Shown piece by piece: positions 10,668-20,493 of a stretch of 64,000 bases of DNA (positions are counted from its first letter, which is position 1; each line of letters opens with the position of its first letter). Made by a program: the position numbers and the translations under genes. The notes beneath the pieces were generated by a model. It searched no databases. It saw nothing but the letters and a program-made list of their open reading frames with translations, and had not been told where the DNA came from. The stretch lies in assembly GCA_044070495.1 (NCBI GenBank), contig JBIPSI010000007.1, positions 92,261 through 156,260 on the forward strand. The letters are read 5' to 3'. Origin of the DNA: Spirulina sp. GTDB lineage: Bacteria; Cyanobacteriota; Cyanobacteriia; Phormidesmidales; Phormidesmidaceae.

Positions 10668-11330
10668 ATGGCCTCCGTGGATTTAGATCAGATTTCGGCC
10701 CAACTGCAAAGCCAAAACTCTAAAGACCGGATGTTGGCCTTGGCGTCCTTGCGAGATGTGCCAGCAGCCCAGGCGGCCCCGCTGATTCGGCAGGTCTTGG
10801 ACGACGACAACATGCAAATTCGATCCATGGCGGTGTTTGCCCTTGGCCTCAAGCCCGATGATCAGGCCTTCGATATTCTCATTAAGCTCGTCACCTCCGA
10901 CCCCGACTACGGCATTCGCGCCGATGCCGCCGGAGCCTTGGGCTATTTAGAAGATCCCCGCGCCTTTGAAACCCTGGTGCGAGCCTTCTACGAAGATACC
11001 GATTGGCTGGTGCGCTTCAGTGCCGCCGTGGCCCTCGGCAACCTAAAAGATCCCCGCGCCCACGATGTCCTCATGCAGGCGCTTCAGAGCGATGAGGTGG
11101 TGATACAGCAGGCCGCTATTGCCGCCGTAGGGGAAATTGGCGATGTAGAGGCCGTAGACGAGATCCTCAAATTCGCCCAGGCCGAAGACTGGCTGGTGCG
11201 GCAGCGATTGGCGGAAGCCCTCGGCCATTTGCCCACTCCAAAAACCGAAGCGGCCCTGCGCTACCTCGAAAAAGACGCCCATTTCCAAGTGGCCGAAGCC
11301 GCCCGGATTTCCTTAGCCCGCCTTCAGTAA
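10668..11330 (+). CDS. PBS-lyase HEAT-repeat protein (NblB-like)
   Basis: Repeated HEAT units (IRADAAGALG, VRFSAAVALGNL, VRQRLAEALG); start placed at MASVDLDQ. Confidence 0.85.
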   Translation: MASVDLDQISAQLQSQNSKDRMLALASLRDVPAAQAAPLIRQVLDDDNMQIRSMAVFALGLKPDDQAFDILIKLVTSDPDYGIRADAAGALGYLEDPRAFETLVRAFYEDTDWLVRFSAAVALGNLKDPRAHDVLMQALQSDEVVIQQAAIAAVGEIGDVEAVDEILKFAQAEDWLVRQRLAEALGHLPTPKTEAALRYLEKDAHFQVAEAARISLARLQ

Positions 11331-11360
11331 CCCAACCCCAATTCCGGTGACCGAGGGAGG

Positions 11361-11700
11361 AGCTAGGGACTTAAGAGTAGTCCAATTAGTAAACCATCCA
11401 AGCTAGCCCTCATCCCCCAACCCCCTCTCCGTAGGGAGAAGGGGAGCCGGATTCAGAACCCCTCTCCTGGGGGAGAGGGGCAGGGGTGAGGGTAAATGGT
11501 TACGGCCAATGGATAGTTATTTTCATGGAGCACTCTAAAGTCCTTAGCTCAACGCTGAAATCCTCTAAAGAGGATTGGGGTTCCTGTGGGAACAGGGAAC
11601 CGTAAGGGAGGCCACGGCTTACCCAGGAGTCTTGACCAAATCCGCCCTCAGTCTGCTTCAGCAGACTTTCGCCATCAGCTAGGGAGTGAACTCCCTAGAT
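11361..11700. repeat. Palindrome-rich cyanobacterial repeat (agctagggactt..agtccttagct; aatcctctaaagaggatt; agtctgcttcagcagact; ctagggagtgaactccctag) hosting a nested MITE
   Basis: Four short hairpins in the intergenic space between convergent genes. Confidence 0.6.
11375..11535. mobile_element. MITE family B (TAA target duplication) with REP-like cruciform cargo
   Basis: TAA at 11372-74 and 11536-38; imperfect ends GAGTAGTCCA/TGGAGCACTC; related inverted copy at 38133-38315. Confidence 0.7.
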
Positions 11701-11711
11701 TTAGCAGCCAT

Positions 11712-12569
11712 TTAGCGGCCATAGTCGGTCTCGTTGTAGAGAGCCAGGGCGCTGCGCCAGACTAGGTAGCCATTGGCGTTGAGGTGTAGGCCATCGGTCG
11801 AGAGATCGGGCCGTAGATAGCCGTCACCATCAACGAACAGTGGGTAAAGGTCGAGGTATTCCACCCCGGCTTCGGCAGCAATTTGTTTGATTTGGGCATT
11901 CACTGCCACGATGCGCTCTGGGGGCAAGGCCAATAGACGGTCACGGCCTTCCCAGGTAGCGGTGGGGCCACCGTGGGGTAGGATGGACTGCACCACAATT
12001 TGGGCCTGGGGATGCTGAGTTTTGAGGGCGTTGACGATGGCTCTCAGATTGCCAACCAGTTCGGCATCGGATCCGCCCCAGATCAGATCGTTAATGCCGA
12101 TCATGATGAAGGCGCTTTCCACCGAGTTTTGATCCAGCAGGGCCAGGCGGTTGAGTAGACCGCTGGAGTTTTCCCCAGAAATGGCCTGGTTCATCCAGGT
12201 TCGGCGTCCCGGCAGCAGGCTTTGGGGAAACCAGAGGGTAATGGAATCCCCCAGCAGCACCGTTTGGCGGGGCAAATCCGCTAGGGCAGCGGCGGTGGCT
12301 TCGGTTTCGAGTAAGGCTACCCACTGTTGATAGTCGAGGGTGCGACGATCTCCCAGGGTGGGCAGGGGGTGCGGTTGACCTTCGGAGGCAAAGGCATTGG
12401 CGGCGGACAAGACACTATCCGCCGGACGATGCACCTGTCGGAACAGCACCAGCACCGTGAGAAATAGCAGCCCATTCAGCACCAAAGATAGGATTACCCA
12501 CAGGGGCACCTCCCCCAGCCGTCGTAGGGCTGAGACCAGTTGGGGATGTAGGGAGGAACGTGACGCCAC
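11712..12569 (-). CDS. SGNH/GDSL lipase-acylhydrolase family protein with N-terminal TM helix
   Basis: LLGDSIT, NQAISG, MIGINDL, DGLHL catalytic blocks; start uncertain. Confidence 0.85.
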   Translation of the reverse strand: MASRSSLHPQLVSALRRLGEVPLWVILSLVLNGLLFLTVLVLFRQVHRPADSVLSAANAFASEGQPHPLPTLGDRRTLDYQQWVALLETEATAAALADLPRQTVLLGDSITLWFPQSLLPGRRTWMNQAISGENSSGLLNRLALLDQNSVESAFIMIGINDLIWGGSDAELVGNLRAIVNALKTQHPQAQIVVQSILPHGGPTATWEGRDRLLALPPERIVAVNAQIKQIAAEAGVEYLDLYPLFVDGDGYLRPDLSTDGLHLNANGYLVWRSALALYNETDYGR

Positions 12570-12927
12570 TGCGCTAGGCTGCCAGAGAGGAAAGCAACAA
12601 TCTTTGGAGAAGACAGGGCCAAAGGGAGAGTCTCTCCGTGGCCCAGATTTTAAGCCTAAATCATCATGACTGTGACTGAAACGCTGGGGTTCTTTTCGGT
12701 GATAGCTCTAATTCTATATTCCTAATTCTGTGGCCCTAAGGTTTCCAGGTGGGGGCACCTCTAAACTACCCCCCGCACACTGATCATCGCCCCAAGCCCT
12801 GGATGCTATGGCTGGATAACACGGTCTGAAGCGTACGCCATGAAGCCTATGGGCCGGGATGATGGGGTCGGTGGCGAGTTATGGAAATTTTCTCTAGATT
12901 GGGGCTAGCCGCATTCCCCGTTGCCCC

Positions 12928-13728
12928 ATGACTACTCCCGCCATCCCTAGACCATCGGTGTTGCAGGATTTGCCCGACGACTTTGCTGACCTCAGGCCGA
13001 TACTAGAGGCCAACCTGGAACCCTACATCAAGATGACCGAAACCCAGGTGACTCCGCCCCAGGTTAAGCATCCAGCGGACCCCCTGACACTGTGGCAAAG
13101 CAAGCTAGGGGGGAATCCCTATTTCCCAAAACAGGCCACCTATCCCACCGACCCCAGTACCCAGTTACCCATGGCCCTGTTGGTGCAGATTAACTGTTCC
13201 GAGGTACCCACCATTGCCGGATTTGATTTCCCCACCCAGGGCCTTCTGCAATTCTATGTGGGGGGTGCTCAACTGGCCGAAGCCTACCGTACCAAAAGCG
13301 TCCAGGTGCTCTACTTTCCAGAGGTGACCGAGGATATCGAGGCCCTGATGACGGACTTTAGCTTCATCCCCCTGCGGGAAACCTATCGCGACACCTTTGA
13401 TGCCGTTTATAGCCTCTCCTTCAGCGTCAGCCAGGATGTGTTCCTCGATTGGCATCCTCCCGACCTGGAGAACTTCGACCCGGACTTGGTGGCCGACTTC
13501 GAGGACTGGATCTACGACTACTACATCGACAACGGCGCAAACCACCTAGGCAGCAAGTTGGCGGGCTGGCCCGATCCCCACGGTTCCGTTCCCGGCCATT
13601 GGCAGCGATTGTTGTTGGAGGTGGCCAACCTAGGGGGGGTGAGCGAGTCGGTCTATTTCTTTTTAGAAGACGACAGGCTTCGCGCCCGCGACTTTAGTGC
13701 CGTGCGGTTCTATCACGAATGCGACTAA
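12928..13728 (+). CDS. DUF1963 (YwqG) family protein
   Basis: SKLGGNPYFP, LLVQINCSEVP, FPTQGLLQFY, SKLAGWP. Confidence 0.75.
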   Translation: MTTPAIPRPSVLQDLPDDFADLRPILEANLEPYIKMTETQVTPPQVKHPADPLTLWQSKLGGNPYFPKQATYPTDPSTQLPMALLVQINCSEVPTIAGFDFPTQGLLQFYVGGAQLAEAYRTKSVQVLYFPEVTEDIEALMTDFSFIPLRETYRDTFDAVYSLSFSVSQDVFLDWHPPDLENFDPDLVADFEDWIYDYYIDNGANHLGSKLAGWPDPHGSVPGHWQRLLLEVANLGGVSESVYFFLEDDRLRARDFSAVRFYHECD

Positions 13729-13751
13729 ATCCGGCGCGGCGCGGCGCGGCG

Positions 13752-14843
13752 CTACACATTAAACCGGAACAGCATCACATCGCCCTCCTGCACCACGTAC
13801 TCTTTACCTTCGCTGCGGACGAGACCCTTGTCCTTGGCGGCGGCCATGGATCCGTTATCAACAAGATCCTGATAGGCAACGGTTTCGGCCCGAATGAAAC
13901 CCCGTTCAAAGTCGGTGTGGATGACGCCAGCGGCCTGGGGGGCCAGCATTCCGGCTTTGATCGTCCAGGCGCGGGTTTCCTTGGGGCCAGTGGTGAAGTA
14001 GGTGCGTAGGCCCAGCAGTTCGTAGGTGGCGCGAATCAGGGTCAGTAGCCCTCCCTCGGTGACGCCCAGGGCATCGAGGAAGTCCCGCCGTTCCTCGTCG
14101 TTGAGGTCGATCAGTTCCGATTCTACCTGGGCTGAAATCACCACGACTTGTGCCCCCTCCTCGGCGGCGACTTGGCGCACCTGTTCTACCCAGGCATTGC
14201 CGCTGGCCAGGTCATCTTCGGAGACATTGGTGGCGTAGATAACGGGCTTGCGGGTGAGCAGTCCCAGGGGTTTGATGATGGCCTCGGCCTCTTCGTCCAG
14301 TTCCACCTGGCGGGCGGTTTTGCCCTCGTTGAGAACGGGCAGAATTTTCTCCAGAATAGCTAACTCCGCCTGGGCTTCTTTGTCAGCGCGGGCCAGCTTG
14401 CGGACTCGGTCAACCCGACGCTCTAGCTGGGCCAAATCCGCCAGGGCCAGTTCCAGGTTAATCACCTCCATGTCGCGCACCGGGTCTACGGAACCGGAGA
14501 CATGGATGATGTCGTCGTCCTCAAAGCAGCGCACCACATGGACAATGGCATCCACCTCGCGAATGTTGGCCAAAAACTGGTTGCCCAAGCCTTCCCCTTG
14601 GCTAGCCCCCTTCACTAGTCCAGCAATGTCCACAAATTCCACCCGCGCAGGCACGGTTTCGGCGGAACTGGACAGATCGGCTAGCACCTGAAGCCGAGGG
14701 TCGGGCACCGCCACCACTCCCACGTTCGGCTCGATGGTGCAGAAGGGAAAGTTGGCGGCTTGGGCCTTGGCGTTGGCAACCACGGCATTGAAGAGGGTCG
14801 ATTTTCCAACGTTGGGCAGGCCCACAATTCCGGCTCGCAGCAT
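13752..14843 (-). CDS. ychF: Redox-regulated ATPase YchF
   Basis: [36 protein letters not shown]-terminal [19 protein letters not shown]. Confidence 0.97.
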   Translation of the reverse strand: MLRAGIVGLPNVGKSTLFNAVVANAKAQAANFPFCTIEPNVGVVAVPDPRLQVLADLSSSAETVPARVEFVDIAGLVKGASQGEGLGNQFLANIREVDAIVHVVRCFEDDDIIHVSGSVDPVRDMEVINLELALADLAQLERRVDRVRKLARADKEAQAELAILEKILPVLNEGKTARQVELDEEAEAIIKPLGLLTRKPVIYATNVSEDDLASGNAWVEQVRQVAAEEGAQVVVISAQVESELIDLNDEERRDFLDALGVTEGGLLTLIRATYELLGLRTYFTTGPKETRAWTIKAGMLAPQAAGVIHTDFERGFIRAETVAYQDLVDNGSMAAAKDKGLVRSEGKEYVVQEGDVMLFRFNV

Positions 14844-15019
14844 GGTTTAGGTCTTGAGATAAGGGGACAGGACATACCATCATACCCCTTCAGCATAGGG
14901 GAAGCCGCCGCCAATGGAGCGGCCTGTCGCAAGACCTGAGGGTTGCTATACCCTAGGGTTGCTATACCCTTAAGGCGGCAGGGGCCGTAAGACGACGTAG
15001 GTAGGGGAGGACGGGTGCG

Positions 15020-15724
15020 ATGGTAAGCGAGGGCTGGCAGGATCGGTTTAACCAGGTGGCGCAACCCCCACGGGAAGTGGGCTATCTCCAGCCAAGCGCA
15101 GCCCCCACGAGCTATCAACGGGTCTTTAGACGGCGATCTTGGTTCATCGGCCTGGGCCTGGGCCTGGGGCTGCTGCTGTCGGGCTGCGAAACCCTGGGGC
15201 TATCGGGATCATCCCCCGATGCCGATACGGAAGCGGGGAATCAGTACGTGAGTCGTTCGGTACGGGGGAGTCGGTTAATGAGCCGCACCATGCCCGCCAG
15301 TTTGGGGCTGCGACGAGGCTGGCAAATGGCTCCACCCCAATCGCTCCACCCCAACGCCGACCTGCAAGCCCACCACCCAGGACAGGGAATCTTTTTGGTG
15401 GTGCTGGGGGAAAGCAAGGCCAGCGTGATGCCAGGAACCTTGGAACAACAGGCCATGCAGTATCTTCAACTGATGCGAATGGGCTTTGACCAAGTGACGA
15501 GTCCAGAATCGCGCACGGGGGTAAGCCAGGTCGGCACCTACCCAGCAGTGCAGTACGCCCTCCAAGCCAATGTGCGGGGGGAATCGGTGGCCTACCTCCA
15601 TACCACCGTGGAAATGGGGGAGCACTACTACCAAGTGGTGACCTGGACAAAGGCGGATCGCTACTCCTCCAATGCCGACGAAATGCGGGCGGTGGTGCAA
15701 GAATTTAGCCCCGATCAGCGTTGA
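15020..15724 (+). CDS. Hypothetical lipoprotein
   Basis: Hydrophobic stretch ending LLSGC (lipobox); start uncertain. Confidence 0.6.
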   Translation: MVSEGWQDRFNQVAQPPREVGYLQPSAAPTSYQRVFRRRSWFIGLGLGLGLLLSGCETLGLSGSSPDADTEAGNQYVSRSVRGSRLMSRTMPASLGLRRGWQMAPPQSLHPNADLQAHHPGQGIFLVVLGESKASVMPGTLEQQAMQYLQLMRMGFDQVTSPESRTGVSQVGTYPAVQYALQANVRGESVAYLHTTVEMGEHYYQVVTWTKADRYSSNADEMRAVVQEFSPDQR

Positions 15725-15737
15725 GCGTCCTCAGATG

Positions 15738-15764
15738 AAAAAGCCCGCCGGGGAACCGACGGGT
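15738..15764 (-). terminator. Rho-independent terminator of the nitrile hydratase operon
   Basis: Minus strand cccgtcgg-ttcc-ccggcggg followed by CTTTTT, just downstream of hupE/ureJ. Confidence 0.65.
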
Positions 15765-15802
15765 CAATAGCAAAGGATTAGGGGCGATTCGAGAATTAAA
15801 GA

Positions 15803-16450
15803 CTACCCTAAAATGGATGCCGAGAGGAAAGCTACACCAATGCCTGAGAGAGTAAAACCCGCGAAACGTAGGTTAAGTGGCTTTACCTCACTACTTGCCC
15901 CTAGCTGCTTAGCCAACAGATAAGCACTAATAGAGATGAACATCTGAATAGCAGAGAAACCTACTAAGTAAGCAATCAATGATGACATTTCTGCCCCAAT
16001 GACAGCCTCTCCATACGCATAGCCATGGAACATGCCAGCCATCGAAGCCAGGAGAATCATGGCTCCCGCAGGCAATGAGTTCTTGGCAGCTAGAAGCAAG
16101 CCAAATACCAAAACAGATGAAGCAATAAAGAATTCTGGTGCAGGCAAGTTAAGGTTAGACAAATGAATCCCTGTACCCAGAAGTGAAGCTAGAACAAACG
16201 CCACAGGAATGAACAAGCCTCGATTAAAGATAGCGGCTAGCAAACCAATGGTGATTACAAAGGCGAGGTGATCAAGACCAATCACTGGATGTCCAACACC
16301 AGAGAGAAATCCCTCCATCGCAGTTGTTGGAGAGTCCCCACCAAATGGATGGTGAGCCAGGGCTGGGAAACATAGGGTTAACGAGGTAATAGCTACTAGA
16401 CTGCTGATGATAATCTTCGGTCTCAAGTTAGAAAAAGACTGGATATGCAT
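15803..16450 (-). CDS. HupE/UreJ family Ni/Co transporter
   Basis: ALAHHP, FLSGVGHPVIGLDHL, GMFHGYAYG motifs; multiple TM helices. Confidence 0.9.
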   Translation of the reverse strand: MHIQSFSNLRPKIIISSLVAITSLTLCFPALAHHPFGGDSPTTAMEGFLSGVGHPVIGLDHLAFVITIGLLAAIFNRGLFIPVAFVLASLLGTGIHLSNLNLPAPEFFIASSVLVFGLLLAAKNSLPAGAMILLASMAGMFHGYAYGEAVIGAEMSSLIAYLVGFSAIQMFISISAYLLAKQLGASSEVKPLNLRFAGFTLSGIGVAFLSASILG

Positions 16451-16506
16451 GGTGGGTTAGTCCTAACGGTAGTTCTAGGTTTTACAGAAGTATCAAAAGG
16501 TAGCTA

Positions 16507-16896
16507 TCAGATTGCACTAGAGGAAGCATCAGAGAGAATAGGCTCATCATGGGCACTTGCACAATCTAATAAAGTAGATAACTTTGCCTCTAGCTCTGTC
16601 TTATCTACAAGACCTGTATCTATGACAAGCTTTTCTAAAACGGTATACCAGCGCTGGTAGTAGTCCCAGGTTGGATCGTCTAGATTATGCTCTGACTCCC
16701 ACTCATCAATGGTGGAAATTAAATTTTTACGAAAGTCTTCCCACTCGTAATGCCCTTTTTTAGATAGGGCTATGGCAAGCGCAAAGGCAACCTGTTCCCA
16801 ACTTCGCTTGAAAGCAAGACTTCCATTCTCTCGAGGAGGAGATTCTTCACTGCCCATTAAGCTAGAAGCAGCAAAATGTTCAAATCGGGTAAACAT
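16507..16896 (-). CDS. Nitrile hydratase accessory protein (beta-subunit N-terminal homolog)
   Basis: PPRENGSLAFKRSWEQVAFALA...WEDFR...DYYQRWYTVLEKL; start placed at MFTRFEH. Confidence 0.85.
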   Translation of the reverse strand: MFTRFEHFAASSLMGSEESPPRENGSLAFKRSWEQVAFALAIALSKKGHYEWEDFRKNLISTIDEWESEHNLDDPTWDYYQRWYTVLEKLVIDTGLVDKTELEAKLSTLLDCASAHDEPILSDASSSAI

Positions 16897-17011
16897 GGGA
16901 AATAAACCTTCTCCCTGGCTAAAGTAAAGCTTGTCCAAGCCCAGCGGCATAGTTTTAGCTAGGGGAAAATTTCAATCCCTAAGCTGGACTTGGAAAAAAG
17001 TTCGTAACTTT

Positions 17012-17641
17012 CTAAGGAATAGCTACTGTAGCCACACCCATCATGGATTCTGGGGTAACAAGGTTGGCCAAATCATCTTCACTCATATGCTCGGTACCAG
17101 CAGGTCGTTCTGGCAGCACCCACCAGCGAATCTGTCCGCTACTATCCCAAACTCGAACCTCGATAGAATCATCTAGCTCAAGGCCAAACTCCTTTAGAAC
17201 CTTGCGAGGCTCACGGGCCGCTCTAGATCTGAAGGTTGGATCTTTATACCAGTAGGGAGGTAAACCTAACGTCGGCCAAGGGTAGCAGGAACATAGGGTG
17301 CAGATGATCAAGTTATGAACAGACGAGGTATTCTCAGCTACTCGCATGTGTTCACCTTCCGCACCAGACATGCCAGTTGTCATGCCCATCGCGTCACAGG
17401 CCGCATTGCAATCTTTGATTAAAAGCTCCTTGAACTCCGGATCAACCCATGCCTTTGCGACCAATTTAGCCCCGTTAAACGGCCCCATCTTGGACTCGAA
17501 ATATTCCAGCACCTTATTGACAGTTTCACTACCAATAATGCCTTTTTCAATCAACAAAGCTTCGAGTGCTCTAACCTTTGCAGCACTTTCTAGCTCACGA
17601 TTGGGACTATAGTTAAAGATCTCATCACCAGGAATAGACAT
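17012..17641 (-). CDS. nthA: Cobalt-type nitrile hydratase alpha subunit
   Basis: Metal-binding CTLCSCYPWP motif; GAKLVAKAWVDPEF; LPERPAGT. Confidence 0.93.
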   Translation of the reverse strand: MSIPGDEIFNYSPNRELESAAKVRALEALLIEKGIIGSETVNKVLEYFESKMGPFNGAKLVAKAWVDPEFKELLIKDCNAACDAMGMTTGMSGAEGEHMRVAENTSSVHNLIICTLCSCYPWPTLGLPPYWYKDPTFRSRAAREPRKVLKEFGLELDDSIEVRVWDSSGQIRWWVLPERPAGTEHMSEDDLANLVTPESMMGVATVAIP

Positions 17642-17674
17642 CGGTATCTCACCTCACTTCAAAAAATTCTAGGT

Positions 17675-18421
17675 CTAGGCTGCATCGAGATAGATCTCGA
17701 AAATGTCGGCGTAAAAAGTAGATCCAGGTTCAGCGAGATCTTCACCCCAGATTTCCTTAGGATCAAAGCGGACGCTATAGCTGGGCTGGGCTGGGCCTAA
17801 TCCATCAGAGGGGCCAGGAAAGTAGGCATAGCACCCTTCATAAACGAGGTCAATAACTCCGGTCTTACCACGCAAATGCCCTGGCAGTCGAGTATGTTCA
17901 ACCACTGGCATATCCTTGACCACTACAGTCTCACCTACGGAGAACTTTGGCTGAATATTGACGTCTCGCTTCGGAGAGTCACCCAGTTCTAAGTACTTGA
18001 TGACTTGCTCATCAATAGCGGCAATTTCCTTCTGAGGAAGTGGGAAGGGGTCAACGTTCCCCTCTTTCAGATAAAAACTGATTTTCTGATCCAGTTCTTC
18101 TTGGGAAATATACCCTTTCTCAACAAAGAAGCCAGAGATACCACCTAACCACTTTTCGTAGTATCGAAATTTGAAGTAGTCGAAGGGGTTCATGGCTTCT
18201 GCCCCTCGCCGCAAATCAGCCCAAGTCCAGATATCCTTAAAGGTTGTAGGAACCTGCTCAATGGGATAATTAGGTAATGCATCCTTGAGGTGAGCACTTA
18301 AACCCATCATGGCTGTATGAATGCCGAAGATGCGCTTTTCCCATTGCTCAACAAATACTTTCTTCTGAAAGTCTACGGGGCCAAGTCCTTCTAGGCTGCC
18401 TAGAGAATGCTGTAATTTCAT
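17675..18421 (-). CDS. nthB: Nitrile hydratase beta subunit
   Basis: WEKRIFG, YYEKWL, PKFSVGETV, HTRLPGHLRGKTG, YSVRFDPKEIWG; adjacent to the alpha subunit. Confidence 0.9.
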   Translation of the reverse strand: MKLQHSLGSLEGLGPVDFQKKVFVEQWEKRIFGIHTAMMGLSAHLKDALPNYPIEQVPTTFKDIWTWADLRRGAEAMNPFDYFKFRYYEKWLGGISGFFVEKGYISQEELDQKISFYLKEGNVDPFPLPQKEIAAIDEQVIKYLELGDSPKRDVNIQPKFSVGETVVVKDMPVVEHTRLPGHLRGKTGVIDLVYEGCYAYFPGPSDGLGPAQPSYSVRFDPKEIWGEDLAEPGSTFYADIFEIYLDAA

Positions 18422-18471
18422 AAACTCTTTAGCTCCATTTCACTGATTTCAAGATTTGAATTGTGCTGATT

Positions 18472-19002
18472 TTAGATGTCCTTAGCGGTTTCCCTAGCCG
18501 CCTCAACGACAGCAGGAGTTGTCGTCATCGCTTTGCCCCAAGCTTCGGAAAGATAGCCAAAGATGTTTCCTAGAATCATGGCTGCAATAGCAATTAAAAC
18601 TGGGTTATTGGGTAAGGGAGCTGTCACCGATAAGCCTGTCACGGCAACAGTACCAACGGTTTGTGAAAAACCCCACACAATGGCAGGAGTAATACCGTGG
18701 GTGAAAGGAAGCTTTGAGGCCTGCACCATGCCAGCGCTACCAATACCAACACAAATGGCGGCAACGAGGGGACTCGGCCCAATTAGATCAATGGCCAATA
18801 AAGAAAGAGCTGCAATGATAATCCCCGTAATATTACAGGAAACAGATTTAGTAAATCCTCGAACGCCACCCCCAACGATAAAAAAGGAGGCCCAGGCCGT
18901 GAAGGTAACCCAAACGGGTACAGGGATGACAGTTGCCGTCAAAAATACATCTACACCGCCAAGAACACCGATGCTAATACTCAGGGCTTCGGACTGTTTC
19001 AT
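18472..19002 (-). CDS. DUF1097 family integral membrane protein (candidate substrate permease)
   Basis: PVWVTFTAWASFFIVGG, PAIVWGFSQT; about 5-6 TM helices. Confidence 0.75.
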   Translation of the reverse strand: MKQSEALSISIGVLGGVDVFLTATVIPVPVWVTFTAWASFFIVGGGVRGFTKSVSCNITGIIIAALSLLAIDLIGPSPLVAAICVGIGSAGMVQASKLPFTHGITPAIVWGFSQTVGTVAVTGLSVTAPLPNNPVLIAIAAMILGNIFGYLSEAWGKAMTTTPAVVEAARETAKDI

Positions 19003-19028
19003 AATAGGCTTGGCTCCGAATTATTTGG

Positions 19029-19985
19029 TCACATTAAGCAATCATGAAAACCGCGCCGCAACTCATCTTCATTTAGGTTGCGACCAATAAAGACCAGTTC
19101 ATTCCGTCGAGTTTCCCCAGGCTGCCAGGGACGACCTGGGCGACCATCTAGGGTCATATGAACTCCCTGAAAAACAAACCTTCGATCTTCATAGTCCATG
19201 TCGAGGATGCCTTTCATCCGAAAAATATCAGCCCCTCGCTCTTGCACCAGTTGATAAAGCCAGCGGTTGAATTTATCACCATTGACAACCCCACCTTCTT
19301 GCATGGCTACTGAGGCAACGGTCTCATCATGCTCGTGGGCATCTTCGTCTAGAAACTCTGGATCGACACTGAGAGCATTCTTCAGATCAAAAGCTCCAAC
19401 TCCTAACACAGAATCTAGGCTAATTTCACAGTTTTGGGTCTGATGAATTTTGGCGATTACATTCATCTGTCGAATTCTCTGCTCCAGTTCTTCCAGAATT
19501 GGGGGAGAGACTAAATCAACTTTGTTTAGTAAAATGACATCGGCAAAAGCAATTTGCTCTTGGGCTTCACTGCTATCCCAATGCTCCCAGATATATTTAG
19601 CGTCAACAACGGTGACGATGGCATCTAGAAGAAGCCGTGATCGCATGACTTCATCCACAAAAAAAGACTGAATGACAGGGGCAGGATCAGCTAGGCCCGT
19701 CGTTTCAATCATGAGGTAGTCAAAATCCTCAGAGCGCTCCATCAAGCTACTAATGATGCGAATCAAATCACTTCGCACTGTGCAGCAAATGCAGCCATTA
19801 TTCATTTCAAGAATTTCTTCGTCAGCACCTATCACAAGCTGGTTATCGATGCCAACTTCGCCAAATTCATTGACAATCACAGCAATTCGCTTGCCGTGCT
19901 GTGCAGTAAGAATATAGTTCAGTAATGTGGTCTTGCCTGCACCTAGATATCCAGTCAGTACCGTGGTAGGAATCTGATTCTGCAA
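19029..19985 (-). CDS. CobW/COG0523 metallochaperone GTPase
   Basis: [27 protein letters not shown], short EHEH-type linker, CobW_C; TTG start with GAGAGG RBS. Confidence 0.92.
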   Translation of the reverse strand: MQNQIPTTVLTGYLGAGKTTLLNYILTAQHGKRIAVIVNEFGEVGIDNQLVIGADEEILEMNNGCICCTVRSDLIRIISSLMERSEDFDYLMIETTGLADPAPVIQSFFVDEVMRSRLLLDAIVTVVDAKYIWEHWDSSEAQEQIAFADVILLNKVDLVSPPILEELEQRIRQMNVIAKIHQTQNCEISLDSVLGVGAFDLKNALSVDPEFLDEDAHEHDETVASVAMQEGGVVNGDKFNRWLYQLVQERGADIFRMKGILDMDYEDRRFVFQGVHMTLDGRPGRPWQPGETRRNELVFIGRNLNEDELRRGFHDCLM

Positions 19986-20028
19986 AGATGACAGCCTCTC
20001 TTATTTTTTCCTTATTTTGTATAAGAGG

Positions 20029-20071
20029 AAAATAAGGGAGGATGAAAATGATAACTGTATATTAGGCGACA
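20029..20071 (-). promoter_or_regulatory. Candidate NtcA-activated promoter of the NHase operon
   Basis: Minus strand TGTC-N8-TACA (GTC for GTA), then exactly 22 nt to TATTTT (TAN3T). Confidence 0.5.
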
Positions 20072-20164
20072 CATTGAGAACTTAAAAACGTTGGTCGATC
20101 TACTTATTGATGCTCTATGGCCTAGACATCGCCTTTAGTCAATGCCCCCAAAATCCCTAAGTAA

Positions 20165-20310
20165 TTGCAACGACAGAGAGGACGATCAATTCTGGTGGAC
20201 CAGGGTTATCATCCGGCCATGTTGCGAGAGGCCCTTGAACCGGACTATCCGCAGCTGATGCGAAAGATTAAGTTCGAGCGGTCGCTGAAGCCTTCAAAAG
20301 CCGAAGTTGA
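20165..20310 (+). pseudogene. IS5-family transposase C-terminal remnant
   Basis: Fragment SILVDQGYHPAMLREALEPDYPQLMRKIKFERSLKPSKAE resembles the D-x-GY region of cyanobacterial IS5 transposases (recognised from memory); no N-terminus. Confidence 0.6.
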
Positions 20311-20493
20311 GAGACCCCTGCCTCATACCACCACGCATCTCAATCTATGCTTCGTCAGGCTCATATTCAAATGACTGGCGGCTCCTACCTAGGGATCTCA
20401 AATGGGTTCCATAGCTATCTCTGCCTTCTCTGGGGTCTACCTGTCGCCCATCTGTGGCCTAATAGAAAGGGACAAAACGCGCAGAAGGAGATC

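Noticed and set aside
17012-18421. Thiocyanate hydrolase call
   Set aside because: Beta is a single full-length chain and alpha has CSCYPW rather than CSCYPR; NHase fits better, though the substrate is unproven.
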